Below are positions 64,000 to 64,000 of a stretch of DNA of 64,000 bases, in pieces. The translations under genes and the position numbers were made by a program. The notes under the pieces were generated by a model that was given only the letters and a program-made list of their open reading frames with translations, made no database searches and was not told the DNA's origin. This DNA is from Syntrophales bacterium (lineage in GTDB: Bacteria; Desulfobacterota; Syntrophia; Syntrophales; UBA2210). The DNA is taken from the NCBI GenBank assembly GCA_963662405.2, contig CAXXKT010000002.1:352001-416000 (forward strand), written 5' to 3'. Each line of letters starts with the position of its first letter. Position 1 is the first letter of the stretch.

Positions 64000-64000
64000 A

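Noticed and set aside
1..64000. CRISPR arrays, rRNA, intact tRNAs
   Set aside because: No regularly spaced repeats or complete RNA genes recognised on reading; a covariance-model scan would be decisive.

Overview
64-kb bacterial chromosome segment, probably from an anaerobic deltaproteobacterium (inferred from the Cys3His-LID adenylate kinase, sigma54 modules, a PEP-CTERM protein and a likely selenoprotein). Core genes (adk-lepA-hemW, a sirtuin, gltA, recQ, a two-component operon) alternate with three accessory zones. (1) 1-2974 is the end of an integrative, satellite-like element inserted at tRNA-Lys(CTT). (2) ~12.0-27.7 kb holds sigma54 catabolic modules, a decayed glycyl-radical activase hit by nested IS3/IS5, a likely UGSC-motif selenoprotein, and an intact IS110 whose ends, circle-junction promoter and bridge-RNA-like guide loops can be read from the sequence. 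(3) ~45.4-58.2 kb holds a 135-bp direct repeat, two paralogous unknown secreted proteins, a stand-alone tyrosine recombinase with a repeated flanking motif, an IS3 and gene fragments. A lutABC-larA-uxaA/suyAB-like operon suggests an unassigned 2-hydroxy-acid (possibly sulfolactate) pathway. All calls come from motif recognition by eye; no searches or folding programs were run.
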